Positions 29,487 to 39,616 of a stretch of DNA of 64,000 nt are shown here, in pieces (position 1 is the stretch's first letter; each line of letters begins with the position of its first letter). The stretch lies in assembly GCA_038150265.1 (NCBI GenBank), contig JAYOTF010000003.1, positions 32,001-96,000 of the forward strand. The letters are read 5' to 3'. Origin of the DNA: Deltaproteobacteria bacterium (GTDB lineage: Bacteria; SAR324; NAC60-12). The notes beneath the pieces were generated by a model that saw nothing but the letters and a program-made list of their open reading frames with translations, was not told where the DNA came from and did not search any database. The translations under genes and the position numbers were made by a program.

Positions 29487-30479
29487 ATGACTGCAGAACG
29501 CATCCCCACGTTCATTCCGGTGGCCAGTGGCAAGGGAGGAGTTGGGAAGACCTTCCTGGCCGCCAACCTTGCAGCGGCGCTTGCCGAACTCGGCAAACAG
29601 GTCATTGCGGTCGATCTGGATCTCGGCGGTTCGAACCTCCACACCTACCTCGGCCTCGGCAACACCCACCCCGGCATTGGAGACTACCTCAACAGCGGAG
29701 GCAACCTCCAGGACCTGCTGGTCCCAACCGCGTGGGAAACCCTCCAGTTTCTGCCCGGAGACGGCCGGACCCCGTTCCTGGCCAACCTGCCGCACGCCCA
29801 GAAGCAGAAGCTCCTCCTCAACCTCTCTCGGCTGCAGGCCGATTTCGTCTTCCTCGACCTCGGAGCCGGAAGCAGCTACAACACGCTGGATTACTTTGGA
29901 TTGACCCCACAGGGGATGGTGGTCACCACTCCGGAGTACCCGGCTGTGATGAACATGATGACGTTTCTGAAGAACTTTACCTTCCGGACCATTGAGCGCG
30001 CCCTTCCGCCCAAATCGTACGTTCGGACCCAGGTCCAGCAGTGCCTCGCCAACCAGCAACCAGACGCCAACCTCACCGTCAGCCGCCTGATGGAAGTCAT
30101 TGCAGAAGCGGCTCCCGGCCTCCATGAGACGGTTCAGGCCCGCTGGGCCACCTTCCGGCCCCGGATCATCTTCAACCAGGGCACCGGTCCGGAAGACCTG
30201 GAGGCCCTGGAGCAGATCCAGAGTAGCCTGGAACAGACCCTGCGGCTCAAGGTCGATTTCTTTGGATTTGTGTTCTACGATCCCCTGGCCAAGGAGCTGA
30301 GCCGCAAGCGCGCCTCGTTGCTGCAGCATGCCCGAGACACAGAGATGGGGGCGGACATCCTTCGCCTGGCCGACCGCATTGTGCGGCTCTGGCCTCAGCC
30401 GATCCGCAACAGCGCGCCGCTCCTTCGGAACAACACCGAGGCCACGCTGGCCCAGCGCGAAGGACGAGGAGACGTTTAA
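29487..30479 (+). CDS. MinD/FlhG(FleN)-family P-loop ATPase
   Basis: Deviant Walker A SGKGGVGKT, VDLDLGGSNL, DLGAG, VTTPE. Confidence 0.88.
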   Translation: MTAERIPTFIPVASGKGGVGKTFLAANLAAALAELGKQVIAVDLDLGGSNLHTYLGLGNTHPGIGDYLNSGGNLQDLLVPTAWETLQFLPGDGRTPFLANLPHAQKQKLLLNLSRLQADFVFLDLGAGSSYNTLDYFGLTPQGMVVTTPEYPAVMNMMTFLKNFTFRTIERALPPKSYVRTQVQQCLANQQPDANLTVSRLMEVIAEAAPGLHETVQARWATFRPRIIFNQGTGPEDLEALEQIQSSLEQTLRLKVDFFGFVFYDPLAKELSRKRASLLQHARDTEMGADILRLADRIVRLWPQPIRNSAPLLRNNTEATLAQREGRGDV

Positions 30480-30486
30480 GGCGGGG

Positions 30487-30714
30487 TTACTGCGCCGACA
30501 GCAGGGAAGCCGAAGGCAAGGGGGCGAGCTTCTGCAGCCGCACTGGCTCCACGGTCCACTGCGCCGATTTCTGAGTCCACTCCGACTGATGGTACACGGC
30601 CTCCACAGTCAGCATCTCGCCGTTGTCCTCCAGCACCACTTCCTCCATGTCTTCCTCTTCCGGGGCCAGCGGCACCAACTCATCGAGCAATTTCCGAAAC
30701 TCATGATCTGTCAT
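30487..30714 (-). CDS. Small acidic hypothetical protein (75 aa)
   Basis: ATG 30714 preceded by AGGGAG; upstream sigma54-like promoter. Confidence 0.55.
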   Translation of the reverse strand: MTDHEFRKLLDELVPLAPEEEDMEEVVLEDNGEMLTVEAVYHQSEWTQKSAQWTVEPVRLQKLAPLPSASLLSAQ

Positions 30715-30796
30715 TTTCTGAACTCCCTGCATCCGTTGGGGTGAATCCGGACCTGCGCCTTCCTGTCGCCAAGCCGGTGGGGTTTCATCAGGAAGT

Positions 30797-30812
30797 TGCA
30801 GCGCCTATGCCA
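30797..30812 (-). promoter_or_regulatory. Candidate sigma54 promoter
   Basis: Minus strand TGGCATAGGCGCTGCA = GG-N10-GC, intergenic, about 85 nt upstream of the small ORF. Confidence 0.5.
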
Positions 30813-30919
30813 CCTTCCCGGCGTTTTTCGCGGGAAGCACTTGCAACTGCCCAGACCCCTCGCGCAGGATGTTGCGGTTTTGTGCCCGGCTCTTACCTCC
30901 TTTTTTCTGAAACCTACCG

Positions 30920-31942
30920 ATGACCGCTGAAGCCATTACTTACGATGACGTCCTCCTGGTTCCCTCATACAACCACTGGGAATCCCGCCGCATTGTGGAC
31001 ACCACCATGACTGACCGGAGCGGCAAGCTCACCCTCTCCCTGCCTGTCATGACGGCCAACATGGACACGGTCACCGAGGCCGCCATGGCCAACTTCATCG
31101 GCAGCCGCGGCGGCATCGGCGTCCTGCACCGGTTCATGTCCATTGACGACAACGTCCGGATCTTCAAGGCGTGTGAGTTTCCGGCGTTTGTTTCCATCGG
31201 CTGCGGCACCGCTGATCTCGAGCGTGCCGAGGCGCTGCACCAGGCAGGAGCCGACAAGTTCTGCATCGACGTCGCTCACGCTCACGCCAAGTACGTTGGC
31301 CGGACCCTGAAGGAAGCCCGGGACCTGTTGGGCAAGGATGCCTGCATCATGGTCGGAAACGTCGCCACCTACGCGGGGGCCGACTACCTCGCGTCGTGCG
31401 GGGCCGACGTCATCAAGGTGGGCATTGGTGGCGGGTCCGTTTGCACCACGCGCATCAAAACCGGCTTCGGCGTCCCCAACCTGACGGCCATCCGCGAATG
31501 CGCCCGGGTCGACCGCTCCATCGTGGCCGACGGCGGCATCCGGACGCCTGGAGACATCGTCAAGGCGCTCGCGTTTGGGGCAGACTTTGTGATGGTGGGC
31601 TCCATGCTCGCAGGAACGCGTCCCACGCCAGGGGAAGTCTTTGAGGAAGCGCAGGCAGACGGAAGCACCCGGCGCTTCAAGCGCTACCGGGGCATGGCCA
31701 GCCGCGAGGTGGCAGATGACTACCATGGCGGCTTGACCGAGTGGAAAACGGCGGAAGGGGTGGCCACCGAAGTCGGCTACCGTGAAGATGAGGAACACAT
31801 CGTTGCCGACATCATCGGCGGGCTCCGTTCCGGACTGACCTACGGCGGAGCCGCAACCATTCAGGAACTGCAGCGCAAGCTCGACTACGTCCGGGTCACG
31901 CCCGCCGGCCGCACCGAGAGCCTGCCACACCGCGTCCTCTGA
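30920..31942 (+). CDS. GMP reductase / IMP dehydrogenase family protein without CBS domains
   Basis: [35 protein letters not shown] (catalytic Cys), [20 protein letters not shown]. Confidence 0.88.
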   Translation: MTAEAITYDDVLLVPSYNHWESRRIVDTTMTDRSGKLTLSLPVMTANMDTVTEAAMANFIGSRGGIGVLHRFMSIDDNVRIFKACEFPAFVSIGCGTADLERAEALHQAGADKFCIDVAHAHAKYVGRTLKEARDLLGKDACIMVGNVATYAGADYLASCGADVIKVGIGGGSVCTTRIKTGFGVPNLTAIRECARVDRSIVADGGIRTPGDIVKALAFGADFVMVGSMLAGTRPTPGEVFEEAQADGSTRRFKRYRGMASREVADDYHGGLTEWKTAEGVATEVGYREDEEHIVADIIGGLRSGLTYGGAATIQELQRKLDYVRVTPAGRTESLPHRVL

Positions 31943-31974
31943 TCAGGCGGCGCGCTGGGCAACGGTGAGCTGAC

Positions 31975-33213
<1,239 letters not shown>

Positions 33214-34242
33214 TTAGAGCAAAGCCGTCTCTTCCGGAAACCCGAACATCAGGTTCATGTTCTGCAGCGCTTGTCCGGAGGCGCCCTTCACCAGGTTGTC
33301 GATGCTGGTCAGGACCACCCAGTTGCGGCACGACTCATCGTGGCTGAGGCCAATGGCACAGCGGTTCGAGTTCACGCAGGTTTTGAGGTCCGGAAGCCGC
33401 CCCTCGGGAAGCAGCTGCACAAATCGGTTTTCAGCCTCAACCTTCTGAAACTGCGCCCAGACCTTTTCCGGATCCTTCGGCCGCGAGAAGCGCAGGTAGA
33501 TGGTGGAAAGGATGCCCCGATTGACCGGAAGCAGGTGGGGCGTGAAGATCACCTCGCCCAACTCTTCCGATCGGAACGGGCTGAGGTCTTCCAGGTACTG
33601 CTGGATTTCCGGCTGGTGCTGGTGCCCAAAGACCTTGTACGCCTTGAAGTTCTCATTCACCTCCACGTAGTTCGTGGCGTCGTCTTCCACCCGGCCTCCG
33701 GCCCCGGTGACTCCGGATTTGGCGTCAATGATGGGAGGACGATCCAGGCGCCCCAGCAGCTCGCCAAAGGGCAGGATTCCCAGCAAGGCCCCCGTCGGGT
33801 AGCACCCCGGGTTGGCAATCAGCCGCGCCGACTCAATGCGCTCTCGGAAGAACTCCGGCAGCCCAAACACCGCCTCCTTCAGCAGTTCCGGAGAGCTGTG
33901 TTCAAGCTGGTAGAAGCGCGCAAAGCGTTCCGGATCCCGGAGCCGGTACACGCCTGAAAGGTCGATCACCTTCACGCCTTGCTCCAGCAGGGCGGGCACC
34001 CGCTCCAGGCTGGCCTTGTTCGGAACCGCCAGGAACACGACGTCGCATCCGGAAGCATCAGCGTCATTGGGCTGAAACACCTCCTGACACAGCGGCAGGT
34101 GCGGAAAGGCCTCAGACACCGTGCGGCCTTCATACTTGGTGGACGTCGCCAGGACCACCTGGGCGAAGGGGTGACGTTGCAGGCGGTCCAGCAGTTCGAG
34201 CCCGGAGAGCCCGGCGGCGCCGATGATTCCAACACGGATCAT
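33214..34242 (-). CDS. argC: N-acetyl-gamma-glutamyl-phosphate reductase
   Basis: IANPGCYPT, DAKSGVTGAG, HQHQPEI, FTPHL, IDNLVKGASGQALQNMN. Confidence 0.97.
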   Translation of the reverse strand: MIRVGIIGAAGLSGLELLDRLQRHPFAQVVLATSTKYEGRTVSEAFPHLPLCQEVFQPNDADASGCDVVFLAVPNKASLERVPALLEQGVKVIDLSGVYRLRDPERFARFYQLEHSSPELLKEAVFGLPEFFRERIESARLIANPGCYPTGALLGILPFGELLGRLDRPPIIDAKSGVTGAGGRVEDDATNYVEVNENFKAYKVFGHQHQPEIQQYLEDLSPFRSEELGEVIFTPHLLPVNRGILSTIYLRFSRPKDPEKVWAQFQKVEAENRFVQLLPEGRLPDLKTCVNSNRCAIGLSHDESCRNWVVLTSIDNLVKGASGQALQNMNLMFGFPEETALL

Positions 34243-34586
34243 GAGTTCAGTACCTCTTGATAAAGATCTGCATTAAATCCCACAATGAAGTCGGAGCCCA
34301 CCCGCCACGTGGGCGCACGCAGGTTCCCGCTGGGCCCAATGACGTCGGCCAGGATCGCCTCCTGATCATCCGTCGCCGGGTTCCAGCTGCGGGTTTTCTT
34401 GCCTTTGGCGGTGTAAATCGTCCGGGCGTCCTTCATCAGCTCCCATGCGGCAGCCGCATCGTACCGGACCTTGTTGGCGCTCACGCGCTCCTGATCGTGA
34501 ATCTGGTGTGCGTCAAGAAACTCTTGCGCTCGCTTGCAGCTCGTTCAGCCGGGGCGAAAGTAGCCCCAATCCAGGGTCTGGGTCAT
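34239..34586 (-). CDS. ArsC-like / thioredoxin-fold selenoprotein (UxxC), Sec at TGA 34545-34547
   Basis: ATG 34586 gives MTQTLDWGYFRPG-TGA-TSCKRAQEFLDAH..., continuing in frame into track ORF 34239..34484 (GPSGNLRAPTWRVGSDFIVGFN); hairpin downstream of the TGA. Confidence 0.88.
34510..34529 (-). promoter_or_regulatory. Candidate bacterial SECIS element of the ArsC-like gene
   Basis: GCG-CAAGA-GTT-TCTTG-A-CGC; G-initiated loop 23 nt after the TGA. Confidence 0.55.
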
Positions 34587-34653
34587 GGCGGTTTGTCGGG
34601 AAAGGGTTGTTGGGTCAAAAGGGTGATTGTACTTGGCTTCAGCAGAGATTCAA

Positions 34654-35463
34654 TCACTTTGGGTCTGGCGACTCTCCCGGAAACGTCCCGCGGCGCCACC
34701 GCAGGGGGCTGTCGAAGATCGCCCCCGGCTCCTCCAGGGTCGCCAGTGCGCCCAGGCACTCCTCAAAGACGTAACGCTGCTGCGCCCGGCGCCCCGCTTC
34801 CCCGAGCGCATGGCCAAATGGGAAGCGGACGTGATACGTCCGGGGGGGCTTCACCTGCTCGCTGATGCGACGGAGGATGGAGATGCCGATGGTGCTGATG
34901 CCCTGGGCTTCAATGGCGCGTTGAACCAGACCGACCGTCTGGTTGCAGAGGCCTCAGGCGGGCACCAGCAAGGCGATGTCTGCCTGCTGGCGTTTGATCT
35001 CCCGGGCCGCCTCCAGCGCGGTCTTCTGAATGAGCGTCGTCAGGTGCGGGCCTTCGATGTGCCCCATGAAGCTGAAGAACTCCGGGGTGGTGCCCTGCAG
35101 TTCCCCAGCAGCCACCAGGTCCTTCAGCACATCCATGGGCAAGACAAGATTGCGATCCTGATCGGCATCCGTATGATCGTAGTAGTCGTGGGTAATCGTC
35201 AACGCCTCCGGAGGTGCCTCTGCCGGAATGCGCCGGAAGCTGGGGTCGCCCTCCGGATCCGTCATGTCAAACGGAGGGTCGCTCCGCAGGTGCACGCCGC
35301 CGGTGGTGACCAGCGCCACGCGACACTCCGGAAGCGGTCGCTGCAGCGGCGTCCAGGGGATCTCCTCCGCGGTCACCGCCCGGTAGCTCCGGGCCCACCA
35401 CTGCCGGACCCCCGGTAGCTGAAAGAGCCGCCGCCCCAATCGATTTTTCCAGGAATCTGTCAT
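34654..35463 (-). CDS. PrdB/GrdB-like (glycine/sarcosine/betaine/D-proline reductase B family) selenoprotein, Sec at TGA 34954-34956
   Basis: Track ORFs 34954..35463 and 34654..34854 share one frame, joined by ...LLVPA-TGA-GLCNQTVGLVQRAIEAQGISTI...; family motifs PWTP, VALVTTGGVH, GDPSFRRIP, HDYYD, DRNLVLP, PPRT..FPFGH. Confidence 0.9.
34924..34944 (-). promoter_or_regulatory. Candidate bacterial SECIS element of the PrdB-like gene
   Basis: Perfect 8-bp stem AACCAGAC/GTCTGGTT with GGTCG loop starting 17 nt after the TGA. Confidence 0.7.
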
Positions 35464-36160
35464 GACCTTTGCTGAAAACCTTTCTCACATTCACGACCGC
35501 CTGCACCAGGCGGCCACACAGGCTGGGCGGTCACCTGAAGCCGTCCGCCTGATTGCTGTTTCCAAAACCAAACCCGTCTCCCAGCTGCAAGAGGCCATTG
35601 ACGCCGGGCAACTCGTGTTCGGGGAAAATCGGGTGCAGGAGGCCCTGGAGAAGCAGGAAGCCCTGAGCCACCCCGACCTGGAGTGGCACCTGATTGGGCA
35701 CCTCCAGAAGAACAAGGCGAAGCTCGTTCCCGGACGCTTTGCCTGGGTCCACTCCGTGGATTCTCTGGAACTGGCCCAGCGGCTGGAAAAGCATGCCGCG
35801 GCTACCGAGGTGCCCTTGAAAATTCTGCTTCAGCTCAACACGTCCGCTGAGGAAAGCAAGTCGGGAATGAGCGGCTGGGATGAAGTCCGCCCCCTTGCCG
35901 AGCAGATCCTTCAGAACTGCCCCCACCTGCAGCTGAAGGGGCTGATGACCATCCCGGCACCCGACGTTGGAGAGGGCGCCACCCGAAGGGCCTTTGCCCA
36001 GCTCCGGACCTGGAACGAACGCCTGCGCACCGAGCTGGACCTGCCCGACCTGACGGAGCTTTCCATGGGCATGACCTCTGACTTCGAGTGGGCCGTTCTG
36101 GAAGGCGCCACTTTGGTCCGGATCGGTTCGGCTCTCTTTGGCGCTCGCAGTTACCCCTGA
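35462..36160 (+). CDS. yggS: Pyridoxal phosphate homeostasis protein (YggS/PLPBP)
   Basis: LIAVSKT, FGENRVQE, WHLIGHLQKNK, GLMTIP, LSMGMTSD, GATLVRIGSALFG. Confidence 0.96.
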   Translation: MTFAENLSHIHDRLHQAATQAGRSPEAVRLIAVSKTKPVSQLQEAIDAGQLVFGENRVQEALEKQEALSHPDLEWHLIGHLQKNKAKLVPGRFAWVHSVDSLELAQRLEKHAAATEVPLKILLQLNTSAEESKSGMSGWDEVRPLAEQILQNCPHLQLKGLMTIPAPDVGEGATRRAFAQLRTWNERLRTELDLPDLTELSMGMTSDFEWAVLEGATLVRIGSALFGARSYP

Positions 36161-37452
36161 GCCACCTTCCGGGCCTTCCGCAGGGCCTGCTTCAGGTCCA
36201 GAATCAGGTCTTCCGGATCCTCCAATCCCACCGAGAGGCGGATCAGGTCTTCTCCAATACCGGCCTGCTGGAGCGCCGCGGCATCCAACTGCGCGTGCGT
36301 GGTGCTGGCCGGGTGAATGACCAGGGTCTTGGCATCGCCCACATTTGCCAGGTGGGAGCAGAGCTGTACGGCATTGATGAACGCCGCCCCAGCCGCACGC
36401 CCTCCCTTGACCCCAAACGCCACAATCGAGCCGGCGCCCTTTGGCAGCAGCCGTTGCGCCAACGCATGGTCCGGATGCTCCGGCAGCGACGGATGCGTCA
36501 CCCAGGCAATGTCGTCGCAGCTTTGCAAAAACTCCAGCAGCGCTTCCGTGTTGCTCCGGTGCCGTTCCATGCGGAGCGGCAGGGTCTCCAGCCCCTGCAG
36601 GAGGTAGAAGGCGTTTTGCGGACTCAGCGCCGGACCAAAGTCGCGCATGCCCTCGGAGCGGGCCCGCATGGAAAACGCCTGTGGCCCAAACTCTTCAAAA
36701 AAGTTGATGCCGTGGTACCCCGCATAAGGCTCGGTGAGCGTGGGAAACTTTCCGGAAGCCGCCCAGTCGAAGCGTCCGCCTTCCACCACCACACCGCCCA
36801 CGGCCACCCCATGGCCGCCCATCCACTTGGTCACCGAGTGCATCACCAGGTCCGCCCCCTGCTTCAGGGGCTGACAGAGGTAGGGCGTGTTGAAGGTGCC
36901 ATCAATCAACAACGGCACCTGCGCGTCGTGAGCGACCTGCGCCACCCGCTCCAGGTCCAGCACCTCCAACCCGGGATTCCCGATGATCTCGGCAAAGACG
37001 AGGCGCGTCTCTGGACGCAGGGCCGCCTGAAACGCCTGCGGATCACGAGGATCCACAAAGGTCGTCTCAATGCCAAACCGGGGGAGCGTGTGCCGCAGCA
37101 GGTTGACGCTTCCGCCATAAAGCGACGCTGAGGCCACCACGTGCGACCCCGCCCCCATCAGGGTCAGGATCGTCAGGAACAGCGCACTCTGCCCGGAGGC
37201 CGTTGCCACCGCACCGGTTCCTCCCTCCAGTGCCGCCACGCGTTCTTCCAGCACGGCCACCGTGGGATTGGAGATGCGGCTGTAGATGTGCCCCCCTCGC
37301 TCCAGGTTGAAGAGCGCTGCCGCGTGATCGCTGTCTGGAAACACATAGGAGGTCGTTTGGTAAATCGGCACGGCACGGGCGCCAGTTGCTTCATCCGGAC
37401 GCTGGCCGCCGTGCAGGCTCAGGGTATGAAAGCCGTGAAATTGAGGGGTCAT
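36151..37452 (-). CDS. metY: O-acetylhomoserine aminocarboxypropyltransferase (sulfhydrylase)
   Basis: [30 protein letters not shown] (PLP Lys), [28 protein letters not shown]. Confidence 0.93.
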   Translation of the reverse strand: MTPQFHGFHTLSLHGGQRPDEATGARAVPIYQTTSYVFPDSDHAAALFNLERGGHIYSRISNPTVAVLEERVAALEGGTGAVATASGQSALFLTILTLMGAGSHVVASASLYGGSVNLLRHTLPRFGIETTFVDPRDPQAFQAALRPETRLVFAEIIGNPGLEVLDLERVAQVAHDAQVPLLIDGTFNTPYLCQPLKQGADLVMHSVTKWMGGHGVAVGGVVVEGGRFDWAASGKFPTLTEPYAGYHGINFFEEFGPQAFSMRARSEGMRDFGPALSPQNAFYLLQGLETLPLRMERHRSNTEALLEFLQSCDDIAWVTHPSLPEHPDHALAQRLLPKGAGSIVAFGVKGGRAAGAAFINAVQLCSHLANVGDAKTLVIHPASTTHAQLDAAALQQAGIGEDLIRLSVGLEDPEDLILDLKQALRKARKVAQG

Positions 37453-37611
37453 GGAAACTCGTAGGGCGCAAGGTGTGGACGAGAAACGCTCACCTTAAGG
37501 AAGTCTGCCAGAAGCTTCAAGCAGCACCGCGTCTGGAAACCGCTTAATCCGTTTGTGACTCCAGTGGGAGTTCGTTAGGATTGCCCCTGAACGATTTGAA
37601 CAAGGGGCGCA

Positions 37612-37905
37612 ATGGATCCGTTGGTCTGGGAAGTGATGCAGTATCTGGGAGCAGCTGTCGGGCTGGCGGCCTTCTGCTGGCTCGCCAGGGACTGGCTCCT
37701 GCGAGGACAGGAGGAACCTCCGTTTCCGGCCTCGTTTCCTCAGGCTCCCGAGCCCGAGGCCGAAGCTGAATTGGAGATCCCCGTCAACGACGCCTCGCCC
37801 GCTCGTTCTCAGCTGAAGATCGCCCGCTCGGCCCCTCAGGTCACCCTCAAGGTGGTCCGGAGCTGGCTTCACGAGTCCAACGTCACGGATCCTCCGCATG
37901 CCTGA
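37612..37905 (+). CDS. Small single-TM hypothetical protein
   Basis: RBS AAGGGG, N-terminal TM, overlaps the mutM start by 8 bp. Confidence 0.6.
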   Translation: MDPLVWEVMQYLGAAVGLAAFCWLARDWLLRGQEEPPFPASFPQAPEPEAEAELEIPVNDASPARSQLKIARSAPQVTLKVVRSWLHESNVTDPPHA

Positions 37906-38719
37906 ACTTCCAGAAGTTGAAACCGTTGCCCGGGGCCTCCGGGAACGGATCGTCGGCACCACCTTCCGTCATGTGGACCTCTGGCACCCGACTCTGACCG
38001 TCAAGCAGGACCGGGAGGTCTTCACAGAGAAGCTCACCAACGCTCGGGTCACCGACATCCGCCGCCGCGCCAAGTTCCTGCTGTTCCACCTGGAGCCCCG
38101 GGGCGTGCTCCTGGGACACCTGCGCATGACCGGCAAGTTCATTGTGTCTCCGCCCCTTCCGGAACCAGGCAAGCACCACCGAGCCTGGTTCACGCTTGAC
38201 GACAGGACCCTGCTGGTGTTTGAGGACATGCGGTGCTTCGGGACCCTGGAGTGGTTTCCGGATGAAGCGTCCATTCCGCAGCTGCAGAAGCTGGGGCCGG
38301 AGCCGCTCTCCGAGGCCTTTGAGCCCGTGGGGCTGCAAAACGCGTTGGCGCGGACTCGACGGGCCATCAAGCCGGTGCTGCTGGACCAAAGGGTGGTCGC
38401 GGGCATCGGCAACATCTATGCGTCCGAGATCCTCTTCCGTGCCCGCATTCACCCGGAAACCGAGGCCCGGACCCTCCGGAAGGCCGCCTGCACACGCCTT
38501 GTCCATGAAACCCGGGAGGTCCTGACTGAGGCCCTTGCTCACAACGGAACCTCCATCTCCGACTTTCGGCGCGTGGATGACAAGACCGGCGAGTTCCAGG
38601 AGTTCCTCCGGGTCTACCAACGGGAAACCCTGCCCTGCCGGGTTTGCGGCACGCCCATCCAGCGATCGGTTCAGCAGCAACGCAGCACCTTCTTTTGCCC
38701 AACATGCCAAACACCATGA
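37898..38719 (+). CDS. mutM: Formamidopyrimidine-DNA glycosylase
   Basis: MPELPEVET, HLRMTG, LLDQRVVAGIGNIYASE, CxxC...CxxC zinc finger. Confidence 0.98.
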   Translation: MPELPEVETVARGLRERIVGTTFRHVDLWHPTLTVKQDREVFTEKLTNARVTDIRRRAKFLLFHLEPRGVLLGHLRMTGKFIVSPPLPEPGKHHRAWFTLDDRTLLVFEDMRCFGTLEWFPDEASIPQLQKLGPEPLSEAFEPVGLQNALARTRRAIKPVLLDQRVVAGIGNIYASEILFRARIHPETEARTLRKAACTRLVHETREVLTEALAHNGTSISDFRRVDDKTGEFQEFLRVYQRETLPCRVCGTPIQRSVQQQRSTFFCPTCQTP

Positions 38720-39585
38720 GCCTCTTCCGTCTGCTTTCCTCACCACGTGGCCTGCTCCTCGCCCTCGGGCTGCTGCTGGGCACCACCGGAGCTGCTCAGC
38801 CCCTGCTGTTGCTCGGCGGCGGCAGTGACTCCGGAAGCAACGCCTTTGCCCAGTCCTTTTCAGAGATCTGGGAGCGTCCCGGTTTTTCTGACCAGGAGCT
38901 TCACTGGGGCAGCGAGCCAGACCCACGTCTGCGCCTGAAGCGCCTGGAGCAACGACAGGGAGACCTGGCCATCGTGGACGCTCGGACCGCCTACGAGGCC
39001 CTTCCGGAGGCTCCGCTGCTGTGTGCCATCAGCGTCCTCTGGCCCAACCGCATGGTCCTCCTCACCGTTCCGGAGCCTTCCGGACGTCTGCAGCAGCTGC
39101 TCCTGCCTCCTTCGGCCACCCCCTACCTCACCGCGTGGGCTGGGCTCCGCGCCGGGCTCCCGTCGGTTCAGCTGCTGGAAGGCCGCCCCGAGGCGCTGGA
39201 GCCTGGGCAAACCCTGCTGTGGCTGGGACTGCCCCAGCCGCTGGCTCCTCTTGTTCATCAGAATTCCGCTATCCAAATTCAAGTGCTGGCGTCCGGAACG
39301 CAGCAGACGCTGCTGCAGACCCATCCGTGGCTCCGCTCTGGAACGCTGCCTGCCGGAGCCCTGCCCCGGCAGAGCCGGGCGGTTCAAACGGTGGAGCAGC
39401 GCTCGGTGCTCGTGGCCCGGTGTGACCTCCCAGACCTGTGGGTGACAGAGGTGCTGGACGGCCTCTTCCGCATTGCCACGTGGCCGCATCCGCCGGCACG
39501 CTTCATCGGCATCACCGCTGCAGCCAATCGAGACTACCTGACCGCCTATTCCTACCATAACGCAGCGCTGGCTCGGTTCCGTTGA
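38716..39585 (+). CDS. Exported protein resembling a degenerate TAXI substrate-binding protein
   Basis: Signal peptide from ATG 38716 (ATGA overlap with mutM); GGGSDSG, QGDLAIVD, C-terminal VLVARCDLPD...VLDGLF...YHNAALARF parallel the TAXI layout. Confidence 0.55.
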   Translation: MSLFRLLSSPRGLLLALGLLLGTTGAAQPLLLLGGGSDSGSNAFAQSFSEIWERPGFSDQELHWGSEPDPRLRLKRLEQRQGDLAIVDARTAYEALPEAPLLCAISVLWPNRMVLLTVPEPSGRLQQLLLPPSATPYLTAWAGLRAGLPSVQLLEGRPEALEPGQTLLWLGLPQPLAPLVHQNSAIQIQVLASGTQQTLLQTHPWLRSGTLPAGALPRQSRAVQTVEQRSVLVARCDLPDLWVTEVLDGLFRIATWPHPPARFIGITAAANRDYLTAYSYHNAALARFR

Positions 39586-39616
39586 CCCTTCCAGTGGCTG
39601 CTTTCATGAGAATGCC

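Noticed and set aside
34654..35463. Pseudogene interpretation of the interrupted PrdB-like and ArsC-like genes
   Set aside because: Both interruptions are TGA at the redox position with downstream hairpins and no other lesions.
37453..37611. SAM riboswitch upstream of metY
   Set aside because: No SAM-I or SAM-II consensus recognised on the minus strand; an Rfam scan would be needed to exclude it fully.
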